Source of the DNA: Lama guanicoe | Lineage: Eukaryota | Length of the DNA stretch: 64,000 nucleotides | NCBI GenBank assembly: GCA_013239625.1 | Contig: MU053304.1 | Coordinates: 2,046,001-2,110,000, forward strand | Direction: 5' to 3' | Shown here: positions 11,864 through 24,573 of the stretch, piece after piece | Layout: each line of letters starts with the position of its first letter | Numbering within the stretch: the first letter of the stretch is position 1 | Program-made: the position numbers and the translations under genes | The notes under the pieces: generated by a model | Databases searched by the model: none | What the model was told of the DNA's origin: nothing | Seen by the model: the letters and a program-made list of their open reading frames with translations, nothing else

Positions 11864-14800
11864 ATAAAGGCCAAAAAAGCCCATCAGACAATTACGCTGT
11901 ATGAGCAGTCTTTATGATACAAATAGATTCAGTTCTTTGGTTCTCATTTTTGTATAAACTAGAATTTTTAAGAATCAAATTTAATCTTCCTCCCCATTGA
12001 GACCCCCACTTTACTCCCCAGACGTAGCAACTGTTAGTCATTTATTGTGGATTCTTCCAGATGCTTTCAGTCACTATATGTCCCATTTTTTTTGTACTAA
12101 TGGGACTATTCTATACATACTGCTCAGCATCTTGCCTTCATGCTTAATTATATATCTTGGCTATTTTCCCATGTGGGCTTATGCAGATCTTCCTCAATTT
12201 TTTAACACCACATGGTATTTCCATTTTTCAGATGTTCTATAATTTACTTAATCAGACCCCTGCTGGTAGTCAGATAACCCATTTTCAGGTTTTTGGTATT
12301 GAAAACAATAGTAGAGTGAAAATTCTTGTTTATGTAATACCTGTGTGAGAATATCAGGAGGATAAATCTCGAAAATGTAATAGCCAAATTGAGGGGTCCT
12401 TTAATTTTTCACAAGGATTTACTTACGTACTGACTCTTAGCCAACAAAAACCTTCCTCTTGAAAGCGATAGTGCTGGGGCCCAAGGTTGACTCGAAAATC
12501 CCCTTTAATCCATACTTACCTTATTATTAAATACTTTCAACACCCCTGACTGCATCCTCTGCTTACCTCTGGGGAGTGACTGGGGCTAGATGCAGGGGAG
12601 GCAGCCTGACTGAATGGGAAGAAGGTCATTGTGGAGTTCTGCGGCCCTGGTTTCAAACCCCAGCTCAGGGACTTATTCTTGGTAAACAAGAGCTCTGAGC
12701 CTCAGGCCTTGATAAATGGGGTAATAACTGTAAACGATACAGTTCAGTGCCTGGTTCGTAGTATTTGCTCAATAAATGGTTGCCTTAATTACTGTCACCA
12801 GCTGTCATTCTCTTTGAGCTGCTGGCAGCCTCTGGGTACCTGCTCAGAGTGAAGTTTCCCTGCCTTGATGGAATATTGATAAATTAGATGTTTTTGAGGT
12901 AACTACTAATTTTCTAAAAGTACCAAATATTTTAGGATGACAGGCAATTTATAAATATGTAGTTTTGTCAATATAATTAGACTTCGATCTTTCCATTCCA
13001 CGGTAGATACAGGTATTCCATGAAGGGACTCTCCCTTCCTGCCCAAAGATACTGATGGGTGCCCACAGCATAGAGATGCTCACAGCACAGGGAGGTGTTC
13101 TTCAGGCCTTTTGACTGCAACCCACAGTAAGAAATATATTTTGCATCTTGGTGCTACACATGACATTCAGTCCCTCTCACACACACGAAACATGAAGTAA
13201 TAATTTTATAAGCGTCACACACTTTTATATCATTTTTCTAAACTTTTTTTTTCTAATATGGTCTGGCCCCAACATAAAGATTTCCACAGTCTGCAGTATG
13301 GAAAACATTACTTATTAAGTGTTTTGAGCCAGATTATTATTAGGATTGTAGATCCTAATCGCTGATTCCTCAGTTAGGTGGAGAATCCCTTGTCCTCTCC
13401 TGCGGCACCACTGAGCTTGTCCCCACGTCTCAGCACACTGAGACTTCCACGACCCTGAAAAGACTGGGGGACCCGTGAGCCCACTTGTCTCTCAGTCTTC
13501 TCTTACTCCTTATCCCAGGCACCCAGCGCAATGCCTGACACACAGTAGGTGCTTATTAATGTTTGTTCAGTGACAGGATTGCTGGGAGGGAGAGGAGCTG
13601 TTCCTTCCATCCCCTCCTCTCCTGCCGCTACTGAAGATTAACGAAGGTGTTACCTTTTTTCAGTCTCATTGACTGCTTTGATTGTCCAGCTAACTTTTAG
13701 CTTTAGAAAGCATAAATAAATCTGAAGTCCCTCCTCGCAGTTGAACTAGGCAACAGATGGTTCAAAAAATTATCTAACTCTCTAAGTGACATCTACAAAA
13801 AAAAAACACACACACACTTTTTAAGTAACATAGGTGGACAAATTAAGTAGTCTAGCTAGATTCACCTGGATAAGTGAAAAAACAGATATGGGAAATGTAT
13901 TTTAGAATGAAATTTGTAAATCAAATGAAGTTTCTTTTTGGTGGAGTGGAGATGCTTGCTGGGTCTGGTTTTACCCTCTGGCCACTGACTGCCTGTTTCA
14001 CCTTGAGCAAAGGCTCTGAGTCCAGCCCCTATTTCAGTCAAGTCCAGCCACTATGTAGCTCATATTTTAGGACCAATTGTGATGTTAAATGCAAAAACAC
14101 TTTAGAAAATACAAAACTTCAAACAGAGTGGATTTAAACTGAAATACAGATGCTTCTTCCTACCCAGAAGGGTGACATTTTTCCTGAACAGTTCGTGTGC
14201 ATGTGTTCCTGGTCGTGCACCTGCTGGGGCTGATGAGGTCGTTCCATCCAGCATGCTCTGATGCGTGATTCTTCCCTGAGCCGTGCTGAAGCCAACATAG
14301 TAAATGATTCATGCACTGGGGCTCCTAGGATGCGGCAGAGCAATGACTTATGATGGTAGCGCCTGGACTGGGAGATGGCAGCTGCGGCCACCTGGTGCAG
14401 AGATACATTTGCTGCCTCGCAGTCTAAATGCTGGATTTATTCTGATCCAGCCTGGCTACCAACCCAATCAGTATGTAAAGCAGCCACCTTCACTTATTAG
14501 ACAAGTTTTAGATGACAGTAAGGTAGAAAAAGCAAAGAGCAAGGTGGAGGGGAGAAGCAGAGGTTTTAGGAGAAGTTTTGAGAAAGTGTTCCCAAAAGTC
14601 CAAACAGCTTGGAATTCAGACATTGGGGAGATAGACCAGATGGTCAGTGATGCACACGGTTTAGGCAGCTCGTCAGGCCCGGGACAGCGTGCCGAGCGCG
14701 TAACCCAGCACAATTGTTTTCCCACTGTGATGGCTGTGCGCTTGTGCACTGGCTGTGTGTCCACAATCTGCATGATGTGTAAGCACACGGAAGTGTGCAT

Positions 14801-16254
14801 CAAGTGTAAGAATTCATCAAGAGCTCGTGCGGCCCCACCCTATAATCAGATCTGAGCCCACTACCAGGCCAGGGGAGAGATGGTATTGGCTGCCCTCGCT
14901 CAGTGGGTGTTCCAGCATACTGCGTGAGCCTTGGGCTGCAGCCTACAACTGAATTTTTCAGAGAATGGCGAAATACTTGGAAATCATATGAGTCATGCTT
15001 CTCTTTCAGCCAGAAAAATGAGTGGTCTCTCTCCATGTGCACCTGGTGCTGCCAAGTGCAGTGGCTGCCAGTTTGGGGATTGAGTCTTCGTTTTGGTTTC
15101 ACAGAACACTCTCTCTTCCATCTTGACCGCGTATTTGCAGTGATTTATGTCAGTCTATCTGCCTGTATGTGAGTTGGCTCACACAGAGTGGTGAACGCCC
15201 TAATGGTCAGTCTTACCGCTCCGTTGCTCTGTGAACTCAGGCAGGCAGGCTCAAAGGCAGAACCAGACTCCAGGGTCCTTGGTGAAAAACCCCAGGAGTC
15301 AGAAGTTCTGGACTCAAGCTCAGAAGTCACTTCCTGTGTCCCTTCTCCAACTCTCAGGAACCGCTGAGCTCAGGGCATGGGTCGGTTTTCCGTTAGGCTC
15401 TAGGAAGAGGGTCTGCACACTCGGATCTTTGCATGTTTACCTGTGCTCTTCTGCAGATCCTAACTTTTCAAAGTAAAGAGCAGATGATTCTGAGATTCCA
15501 GGGTGACTGAAGATGTCACTAAGATGAGAATATGAGTACCCCGAGGTCGCAAATACTCTCAGTGGAAACAGTCCTAAGGGTTTCACAGGAAGACAGGCCC
15601 ATTCCCTCCCACCCCTGAATCCCATTTCCAGGCACTGCGAGTCCTCATGTGGAGATGATGGCCTGGAGGTGGTGGTGGTGCAGGTGGGAGTGTGAGTCAA
15701 ATAGGGAAGGCATCCTCTTTTCCACATGAGGTTAGCTTTGCTTTGGTCTTCCCTAGCTCTTTAAAATTCTCACAGCTTCCTTTCAAGTCCTGGTCACGTT
15801 ATCTGGTATGCACGTCTGTAAAGAGGACATAATCTGGTACTCTTGATCTGTGCCAGACGCAAAGATTATATCCCATCCTTCGATTCTTTTCCTGCCCTTA
15901 CAGGCTGGTGTTTTTTGAACGGGAGCAGGGTAATGCTCAATGATCCTCAGCTCAGAGTGTGTGCCTCCTAGGACAGCATCCTCCTTCTCTGTATCCTTCC
16001 CTCTTCTACCACCACAGCTGCTCCTCCTTAGGGACCACCCACCATGTGCCTGGCAGTGCCTTACTTTTCTTTACATGTTTTCTAACTTACGTTCACAGCA
16101 AGCACATAGGGGATATGTTGCAATTTTCATCTTATAAATGAAGAAACTGAGTTAGGGGATCAAGTAAATGGTGCAGCCGGGATTGAAAGCAAGGTTGGTG
16201 TGGTCCCAAGGCTCACACCCCTTCCACTAGTTAAGCTGGCAGATAATCTTATGG

Positions 16255-17420
16255 GTGTTTTCTTCAAATGACTTATTGCTTATTTTTTTTATTATTGTTA
16301 GAGTATTCTTTTTTAAAAAGCTGGAAAAGACTGAGAAGTGTAAATAAGGAAACAAAAATCACTTGTTATCCTGCCTTTCAGAGATCACTGCTTTTAGCAC
16401 ATTGTTGTGTAAGGCAGAGGCTAAGCACTTGGTCCTAGACTTGCTGACAACATGCTCACCCAGGAAGTGACATCAACTTCCTGGGCTTCGTCTATAAAGT
16501 GGGGAGAAAAAATAATATATCTTCTGGAGGTTCTGATGATTAAATGAGATATTTTCAAAAAAGCTCAGCAGAGTAAGAAAACAGCAAATGTGCATCATTC
16601 TTATCACTCCACCCTGAGCTTTTCAGTGTGTAGTTAAACATTTTAAGCTCCTGTGTGCTTGTGCTACACAACCAGGTTCTGTTTGGAGCCTCCTTTCGTT
16701 CTTCTGCTACTTGACGACTCTCTGACTGTCTCACTAAGAGTTGAATATTTAGGTTGTTTCCCATTTTTCCACTTTAATGAATTGTATTATCTGTTGGTGG
16801 GGTGGAGAGAGAACTTGGGGTTGAGGGACTCCAGGTACATCTGCAACATTTTATTTCTTTTAAAAAAATCTAAAAAAGTTAAAGAAGGTCAAATATGAGC
16901 ATTGATTAATGAGTGATGAAGACATGGATGTCTGCTTATTTCTGAACTTTTTTCTAAACGTGTCATGGTTGATAATCTAGCATTTAAAAATTGTGTGGCT
17001 GAGATGAACAGCCTTGTATGTAGGGCTTTATGCATTTACAGGACCATTTCCCGAGCATAAACTCTGAAAATTGTAATTTCCATGTCCAAGGATAACTCCA
17101 TTGAGTCCACCCAGGGGTTGTGTATAAATTCACACAGTCGCCATCTCTGTACCCTTGTCAACTGTGGTCATTAAAATTTACAAATAACGTTTGGGAGCTG
17201 ATACAGGAATTGCATTTTAAAACAATAAGTATGAAGCTAAACAAATTTCTACTTGTATTTCTTTGGTGGGTTCCTTTTTATATTCTTTGCCCATCTTTTC
17301 ATGGCGTGTTGTTGGTTTTTCTTAATGATTTGTAAGAGGTTCTTGTATATTAAGGATGTTACCCCTGGTTCTGGATTATTCATAGAAAATCATTTTTCCC
17401 GATTTGGACTGCCCTTTATA
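16255..17420 (-). mobile_element. Fragmented ancient L1 (L1ME-like) with embedded MIR-like piece
   Basis: Motifs such as gaatatttaggttgtttcccatt and tttgcccatctttt...gatttgtaagagg; heavily diverged. Confidence 0.55.
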
Positions 17421-17517
17421 TTTTAAGTTCCCAATGGGAGGACGGGAAAGACCTTCCCATTCAAAAGGCCAGAACTCATATAACAAATAAGCAGCCATGT
17501 GCTTATTTCGCCTCCAG

Positions 17518-17764
17518 ACCTGCAGTGGAAGTCCGGGCACATGGCCGAGAGTCTCAGCAACATGCCCCGGCACTCCCTCTACATCATCATCGGCGCCCTC
17601 TGCGTGGCCTTCATCCTGATGCTGATCATCCTGATTGTGGGGATTTGCCGAATCAGCCGCATCGAGTATCAGGGCTCCTCCAGGCCGGCCTACGAGGAGT
17701 TCTACAACTGTCGCAGCATTGACAGCGAATTCAGCAACGCCATCGCCTCCATCCGGCATGCCAG
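17518..17764 (+). CDS. DNER: DNER penultimate coding exon: juxtamembrane, transmembrane helix and cytoplasmic tail
   Basis: CCTCCAG acceptor ending 17517; donor AG|GTGGGC at 17765; 247 bp. Translates HLQWKSGHMAESLSNMPRHSLYIIIGALCVAFILMLIILIVGICRISRIEYQGSSRPAYEEFYNCRSIDSEFSNAIASIRHA(R), with a hydrophobic TM segment and the YEEF tyrosine sorting motif. Confidence 0.98.
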
Positions 17765-20700
17765 GTGGGCGGCGGGGGGGGGGTGGTGCTGAGTTCACAT
17801 GTGCATTCTTGGTCCCAGGTTAGATTATGAACAGGACTTTACATCTGCAAGGAGGATTTCAGAGAATAAAACACAAGTTCAAGGTAGTATAGAGGGGGTC
17901 AAAAATTAGACCGATTTATAGGCAAACCCCTTTAATTTGCTGCTTGCTTTCTGTTTTCATTGAATACAGTCATTCTAAATGAATTCGTGGTTATCTGTGC
18001 TGTAAATATCTGAGTCTTAATCACTGTGTATGACATATTTTTTCGAGGATTTCTTTCTGGAATCTCTTCAGCTATGTTGTTCTTCAGTCAGTGGTGGATG
18101 GAAATTATTCTATTTGATTTGAGGGCTTACTTAAAGTCAGCAATCATTCTGCTGTTAGAGTTCACATTAAACAAACTTGTGTCTTCTTCTGCGGGAAAGA
18201 CTCCTGGAGAGACAAGAGTTAGTGTGGTGTCACAGAAACAGCGTGAGTTCATGTGTCTGAGGTAAATCGTGAAGTCCAGCTGCTCCATTACCTGTCTGTA
18301 CTTTAGACAGATGATTCAACCTTCCACACATACAGTTCCCTCAACTGTAAGAAAGGATAACCATCTCCTTAAAGAGTTATGACAAACTAAATTACAAATA
18401 TTGTAGGATTGCATAAACAGATAACATCAGATTTACTTCTCGAGATCTGTTACACCGTGGAAAAAAATTAGCTAGCCTAATTTTGTTAATTTTTGCAAGG
18501 AATATTTACTATTTTTATGTGTGTCAAAAAATACCATCTCTTCCTTTAATTGGTAGAACAATCTAAAGCCTAGAATTCAGAGAGTCAGTGTCTTGCAGCA
18601 AAAAGTGGGCTGAGCTTAGTGTCTTAAGATTGGGCCTCGGGGAACTATTAGTTGCATAAACTTTCTTGGGACATCATGTATTGATACTGATCAAGACACA
18701 AGCAGATCCAAATTCTGTCTGAGGGGCATAGAAGCTCAGATGTTCAAGACATTAGCTTTCTTCAAAAAGTAAAACCCCAAACCCAAGACTCAGATCTTGG
18801 AGTGAGTCCAAGGGAAGCAAAAACCCAAACCTGCCTTCCAGGGAGACACAGAGAATATAAAAAGAAGAGAATAAACAAGTTCCTTGGTTGCTCAAAAGTC
18901 TTCCCGGAGGGGCTTAGTTCCCCAGGAAGGAACAGAATCCATGGCTCTTTACTGCGATGTATTGGGAGACCCAGGGAATCAGATTCCCTCTCCCCATCCC
19001 CTATCCCGGAGGAATCTCTGGCTAAGGTCCTTTTGCATTCAAGAGGAAGAGTATTTTATCTCAGTCTTGGAATAGTTTAAGATAGATTCTTCTGGGCTTT
19101 CTGCTTATATAGCCCGCTGGGAAGATATTTAACTGAATACTTTTGGAAGGAAAGGATAAACTTAAAAGCACTTGAAAACCTGTTTCTTATTTGGTACTGA
19201 TTTTTATCAAAAATATTTACTGCAGGATTCCTAACCAACAAGCTCCTGCATGCACCAGTGATTGCAGATAAAACCATTGACGTTAATACAATACCTTCCC
19301 AAATATCTGGGAACATTCCTGTCCAAACGTTTATTCAGCTCTGACCTGTGCTTTCTACAGTGTGGCTCTCTAGAGGCCCTGGCCGGGTCTCTGCCTGGTT
19401 GGCTCTTTTGATCCCCTTTCCTAGAAACCCTGGAAAGGTGCTGACAAAGATTTAGTCTTTTTGCTATTCCCCTATTCCTAGCTTTCAGCAGCGGCCGATA
19501 GCTAACGTCCGTTTCCTGGCCTGCCTCCCCGCCGCTAGCCTCGTGGTGATGTTGGGTCAGAGTGACCGCAGCTCAGCAGCTGCAGGAGATGAAGACCGCA
19601 TTGGTCATCTGTGACAGTCACCGGTGACCCAGGAAGTGCCTGGTGACTCTGACGTCAGCATCAGCTGGCGCTGGTGCTGCCTCTCTCTCCCATCCTGAGT
19701 CATCTGGTCGACAGCTGCTTTGCTTACACTCAGGCTGGGGAGACTTTGTGACTGACAGGTGGGGGCGGAGCCACGGCTTGCCAAGTTCTGCATCTGAGGT
19801 CACATCTCTTGCTGACTGGTCACTGCTCCACCAGCTCTAAGTGCCTGATCACGGAAAACAAATAAGCAAACAAACAAATGGGAGCTGTGAAAGGACAGAG
19901 TTGCTGTTTCTCAAATAGCATCTCCCCATGCGGGCCTTTTTAAAGGTCACACCCACCTGACTGTCTCTGTGGCACTGTTTAGCTGTTGGCTTCCAGGGGA
20001 ATATGAACTAGAAAAATGTACATGTCATTGGCTTGCAGGCTGTTGTTTGTTAATCCCTGGTGGACATTATAATTTTCTCTAACTTTCAATTTTTTTTCCC
20101 ACAATGAAAATGTCCCTTTAGGATAAGGAAAAACAGTATGTTGTTTAAAAAAAGGAACAGTTGCATAGAAACTCCTTCCATAACATAGGCAAGCTCTCAC
20201 CTTGGTTTAGTGCCTGAGGGTTTAAAATGGAATTCTATAGGTGTGAGCTGATTTCTTCACATCCACCCAATTCTGAGAACCAAGGGAAACGGAAAAAGCT
20301 GGTAGTGTTGTAGATTTAAGTCTGAATGCACATTCGTTTTGTGCAAAGTGTGGGCAATTTGAGGAGAGGCTGGTTTCATTTTACTGTGTTTTTTAAACGA
20401 CTTTAGCCTCCATATGGTAGCTACTGAATATGGGTGGAGACCTCTGTATTTCACCTATGGAATCTAGACAGGCTTCTCAGCAGCTGGTTAAGTCACAGTG
20501 CAAGGAATCCAGCTCCCGGATGGCGCTGAGCATGTTAGTCCTGCTTTAACCAGGTTACCTCTAACCAGCATTATACTTGATGACCCATCCTGTCTGGCGT
20601 CGATCTCATTAGCGCCATGCACATGGCTGAGTTTCCCATCTAGACACAAAGCGATGCTCCTTGTCCTTCAGTTGACTTTGCGTGCGTACAGTGCACACAT

Positions 20701-22684
20701 GACAGCCGTTGAGTGATTTCAGTCCTGGCCCTGTTATACCCCGTAGATCTGGAACACTCATCCTCAGGTCTGTTTTATCAGTGTTCAGCTCCATGACAGC
20801 AATTTAAGATTTGAAATATAGCATGTTGATGGACTGCATAATGTGGAGGCATTTAACTTTCTAGAGTTGGAGGAGAAGATTCTTCTGAAGAGAACTGGAA
20901 TCATATGAAAAATAAAATGGTTATTTTAACCGTGTATGCAACTTGCTAAGTTGCTTGGATGTTTCCTTTGGGCCAAACAATTGAGTGATCGGCTGTGTGA
21001 TTTCCTGACCCCTCCCATAGGCGTTCCCACGGGAAGCCATCCCATGGCTGCCATGTTTGGACACAGAGAGCTTTACACTGGGACTGCCTGATTTTTTAAA
21101 TTAAGTAAATTAATATTATTAGTGGTATGTTGTTACCAATGTATCTAGCTATTTTATGAGAAATATATTGTCAACATAGTTGCTCCTTAAAGTAGCCTCT
21201 GAAATGGGAGACTTGGGAGACAGTGTTAAGATCCAATTGGCTTTTACATTGTTGCCCTTTTCCTGTTCTCAGGTGATGCAGATCTCAGTCAGTTTAGATA
21301 AACAGACCGCAGGCTGGAGACCAGCCCCCAGTTGTGCCTGCACAACCCAGGACCTTCAGTGAGGCTGACATTTTAGGCATGATTTTACTGAAGCTTTTTG
21401 ATATGGCCCAAGAGCTGTGGTTCCTAGGCGGCCGAGTGCTTTCACACTTTATCTTTGCACTTTGCCTTGTGCCCGTCTGGCCTGGTTTGTGCCTTTGACT
21501 CCTGAGGACTAGCTAATCTCAAGCGAATTGGAGCACAAGACTGATGGATGTTTACAAATGAAAGATCACTTGAAGAACGCAGCGTTTTCTCACTTCCCAT
21601 TTGGTTCTATTTCTCACCTCTGTATGTGAGAAGACAGATTTTCCAAAATCTCAAGGCAAGAGGCAGGAAAGGTGGGGAGATGGGATTAAAGCCATGGTCA
21701 GTAGCCCTGAGATGTCCTTGAGGGCTCATCCCGGCAATCCTCTGGAAACTTCTATTTTAACGGCCTCACTGGGCTTGAAACAGTTAAAAGTATGTTGTCC
21801 CTGGAAGGGAGGAGCAGTGGTGGCCTAGCGTGGAGGACTGTTTAAATCATACTACACTCCAGGGGCCCTTAGGGAAGGTGAGGTCTTGACCAAGAAGAGA
21901 CCACCCAGAAGGTGAATTGGCTTTATTTTAATAATCGTCATTTTAACACCGGTTCGGCAGGAAGTCCTGAAGCTGGATTTTGACGCTCCGGGCTTCTGCG
22001 TTTCAGTCCTGCTCTCAAGGGGCTTTTGAGATGTGCATGTCTGTTGGAACAATGGCTTTGTGCTCAGGGGAGAGACAATGGCTTGTGTGTACACGGGGGT
22101 CGGGGAGTGGTGGGTGGGTGGGATCGGTTGGGAGGAGCCCGCACAGAGTGTGAGCTAACACCTCCTTATTTGAAGCCAGTTTCCCTTGTCTTGGGACCTC
22201 AGGTGGCCTCTGAGCCCTTGCAGCCCTCCTGCAAGCCCCCTGGGAGAGGCTGTCCGCAGTCCAGGGAGACACGCCCCGCTTTCTGCATTCCAGGCACTAG
22301 AGCGGGTGTAAAATACACTTGCCTCTCCAAATCGTTATGAGTCTGAGACGAGAAAGACAGATCGATCCACTTTTCTTAAAGCCTATTGGAGAGCTGTCAC
22401 GCCTGACTGCTTTCCCAAGATTTCGCCTACAAGCTGCAGTATGTATTTGGACTCGAGGTTTTGTGAAATCCATTTCTGCCGCCCACACTGAAGACTAATA
22501 TTTATACTCACTCGATGCTAATATCAGGAAGTCTTACATTCCTGGACCTGCTAGACGGTGTGCTTTAGAGTGTTTTTATGGTCCCATTCGATTCTTGCAT
22601 GTAAGTTATCCTCACCCCTTGCCTTTAATAGGACCCGAAAGCCGATATTTCTCTAACCAGACTCCCTCCTCCCTGTGATTTCAG

Positions 22685-22796
22685 GTTTGGGAAGAAATCC
22701 CGGCCTGCGATGTACGATGTGACTCCCATCGCCTACGAGGATTACAGCCCTGACGACAAACCCTTGGTCACACTGATCAAAACAAAGGATTTGTAA
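22685..22796 (+). CDS. DNER: DNER terminal exon, coding part
   Basis: TTTCAG acceptor ending 22684; AG|G completes Arg; then FGKKSRPAMYDVTPIAYEDYSPDDKPLVTLIKTKDL and TAA at 22794-22796. This is the recognisable DNER C-terminus; too short for the ORF track. Confidence 0.97.
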
Positions 22797-23730
22797 TCTT
22801 TTCTCGGGATTATTTTTCAAAAAGATGGGCTACGACACTCATTTAAATATTTTTAAGAAAATAAAAAGCTTAAGAAATTTAAAACGGTAGCTGCTCAAGA
22901 GTTTTCGGTAGACTGTTTAAGAACTAATTTTCTGCAGCTTTTAGTTTGAAAGGAAATATTTTAAAAAAGGAATTTGTGAAACCCATAGACTACGTGTTAA
23001 TGTACGTCCAGCGCTCTAAGCTGTGTGCTTGGACTAGCGTGTGCGCTTCCCGTGGTAGACCCGATCAGGGATCCCAGACTGACTCTGCGGTTGTTACAGG
23101 GTCAGTCTCATCCAGGAGAAGCTTCTATTTGACGTGTGAGTGCCAGCTTTCTGAGTAGAGTTAGGAAACCCATGTAGAGTATGAACCATAATACCGTATA
23201 CCCGTAACTTAAAGAGAAGCCCGAAATGTTTGTTCTGTGAAAAAGAAACTACTTCAATTTATTATTCTTAACCCGAATGAAATTAGCCTTTGCCTTATCC
23301 TGTGCATGGGTAAGTCACTCATTTCTGCACTGGTTTGTTGAACCTTGCAGAAACCGGAAACATTCTTTTGAGTCTGTGTGTTTTTGTTTTGTTTTGTTGT
23401 CATTTCCGTAACGGTTGTGAAGCGAGGCCTTGAAAACATACCTGAGGAAAGGGCCTCGTGAGGCAAATGATGATCACATGGAATCTGTACTTTCTTTCAC
23501 CGGTCAAGGTTTCTATATTGTGAGTAAATTAAATTCGCGTTGAAGTGGTTCCTTGCTAAGAGGTAGGAAACGTTAAGAGAGTGCTGGTTCCCTCCGTAGT
23601 GAGTACTTCTCATAGTGCATCTTTATTTATATCCAGGACATTTTTGTGGCTGTACTTGGTTGATATGTGCCGCTTCTGATTCTTGCTAATTCCAAGAGTA
23701 TTGAATAAATATTACCAAGTCAAGGATGTA
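22797..23730 (+). other. DNER: DNER 3' UTR (end approximate)
   Basis: Follows the stop codon, AT-rich, no recognisable repeats, ends shortly after AATAAA at 23704. Confidence 0.8.
23704..23709 (+). terminator. Polyadenylation signal AATAAA of DNER
   Basis: Canonical hexamer with upstream TGTA (23651) and a downstream T/GT-rich element (tttgtctcttgtttctttttt, ~23731-23751). Confidence 0.8.
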
Positions 23731-24573
23731 TTTGTCTCTTGTTTCTTTTTTAATTATTTAAAACATTTAGATTTGATACCGATTGTCAAACAGTCAGTCC
23801 TGCTCTTTTGTACATTTTAAATATTCCAAGGAGTACATTTTTGTGGCTGCTGGAGCCATTCGCTGTGCCCTCTGGGAGCCCTCCTGACCTCCGAATCGTT
23901 AGTGAACCATCCCTACTGTCTTGAAAATGCAAAAGGTAGAAAAAAGTAACAAGAATTCTCATCTTATCTCTTGCGTCAGAATTTGCCAGCGAAATGCAGA
24001 ACACGTGACCGCTGAGGTCCATTGAAATCGAGAAACACTTCTAGCCGTGACGTGCAGGGAACCTTACGTACGCTGCTCTTCTGCGGAGACCAAATGCAGT
24101 TGCCTTAGCAAACAGCACCTGGGTCCTTAGAAACTGGAAGGCAGCTTAGAGCTACCCTGGATTCAATTCCACTTTGCATCCAAATGCTGTGGTGCTGTTG
24201 TCCCAGAGTCTTTTTTTAAAAACTCACTATATCTTTGCATGGGAATGTTTGGTAAGACCAAGAGGAGCCCTGAAACCAGGTGCACGGGAGGGTTTTAAGC
24301 AGAAAGAAGTACTTAAGATGCTCTTCCTTACTTCTCTTCCCTTCAAACATCTGTCCCCAGTCCTACAAGTGACATAGCGTTACACCCACGCTCTGATTAT
24401 TAAATGACACAGCACAATATGTTAGTATTTTTAGCTTGTTTAAGTGTTTGGAAGTGAAGTAAGAACAAAATGTGAACACGGCTGGCTGAGCAGCCACGGG
24501 AACACGCACAGGCCTTTCCTGCTTCCATCTTCTGGTGGAAGACTGTTGGTTGTGTGGTGCAGACACCTCTGTC

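Larger units (their letters stand above)
9416..13397. repeat. Near-identical 1.82 kb direct duplication (9416-11236 and 11579-13397) flanking an assembly gap
   Basis: Copies align end to end with 6 substitutions and one 2-nt poly-T length difference by my comparison; both copies end exactly at the gap edges. Confidence 0.95.

Noticed and set aside
11209..11874. ORFs running through the N gap
   Set aside because: Artefacts of unknown bases translated as X.
14304..14855. 183-aa intronic ORF
   Set aside because: No recognisable homology or convincing splice sites, and the flanking DNER exons already join in frame without it.
17376..17798. 140-aa antisense ORF over the DNER TM exon
   Set aside because: Shadow ORF expected from the GC-rich codon usage of the sense exon.
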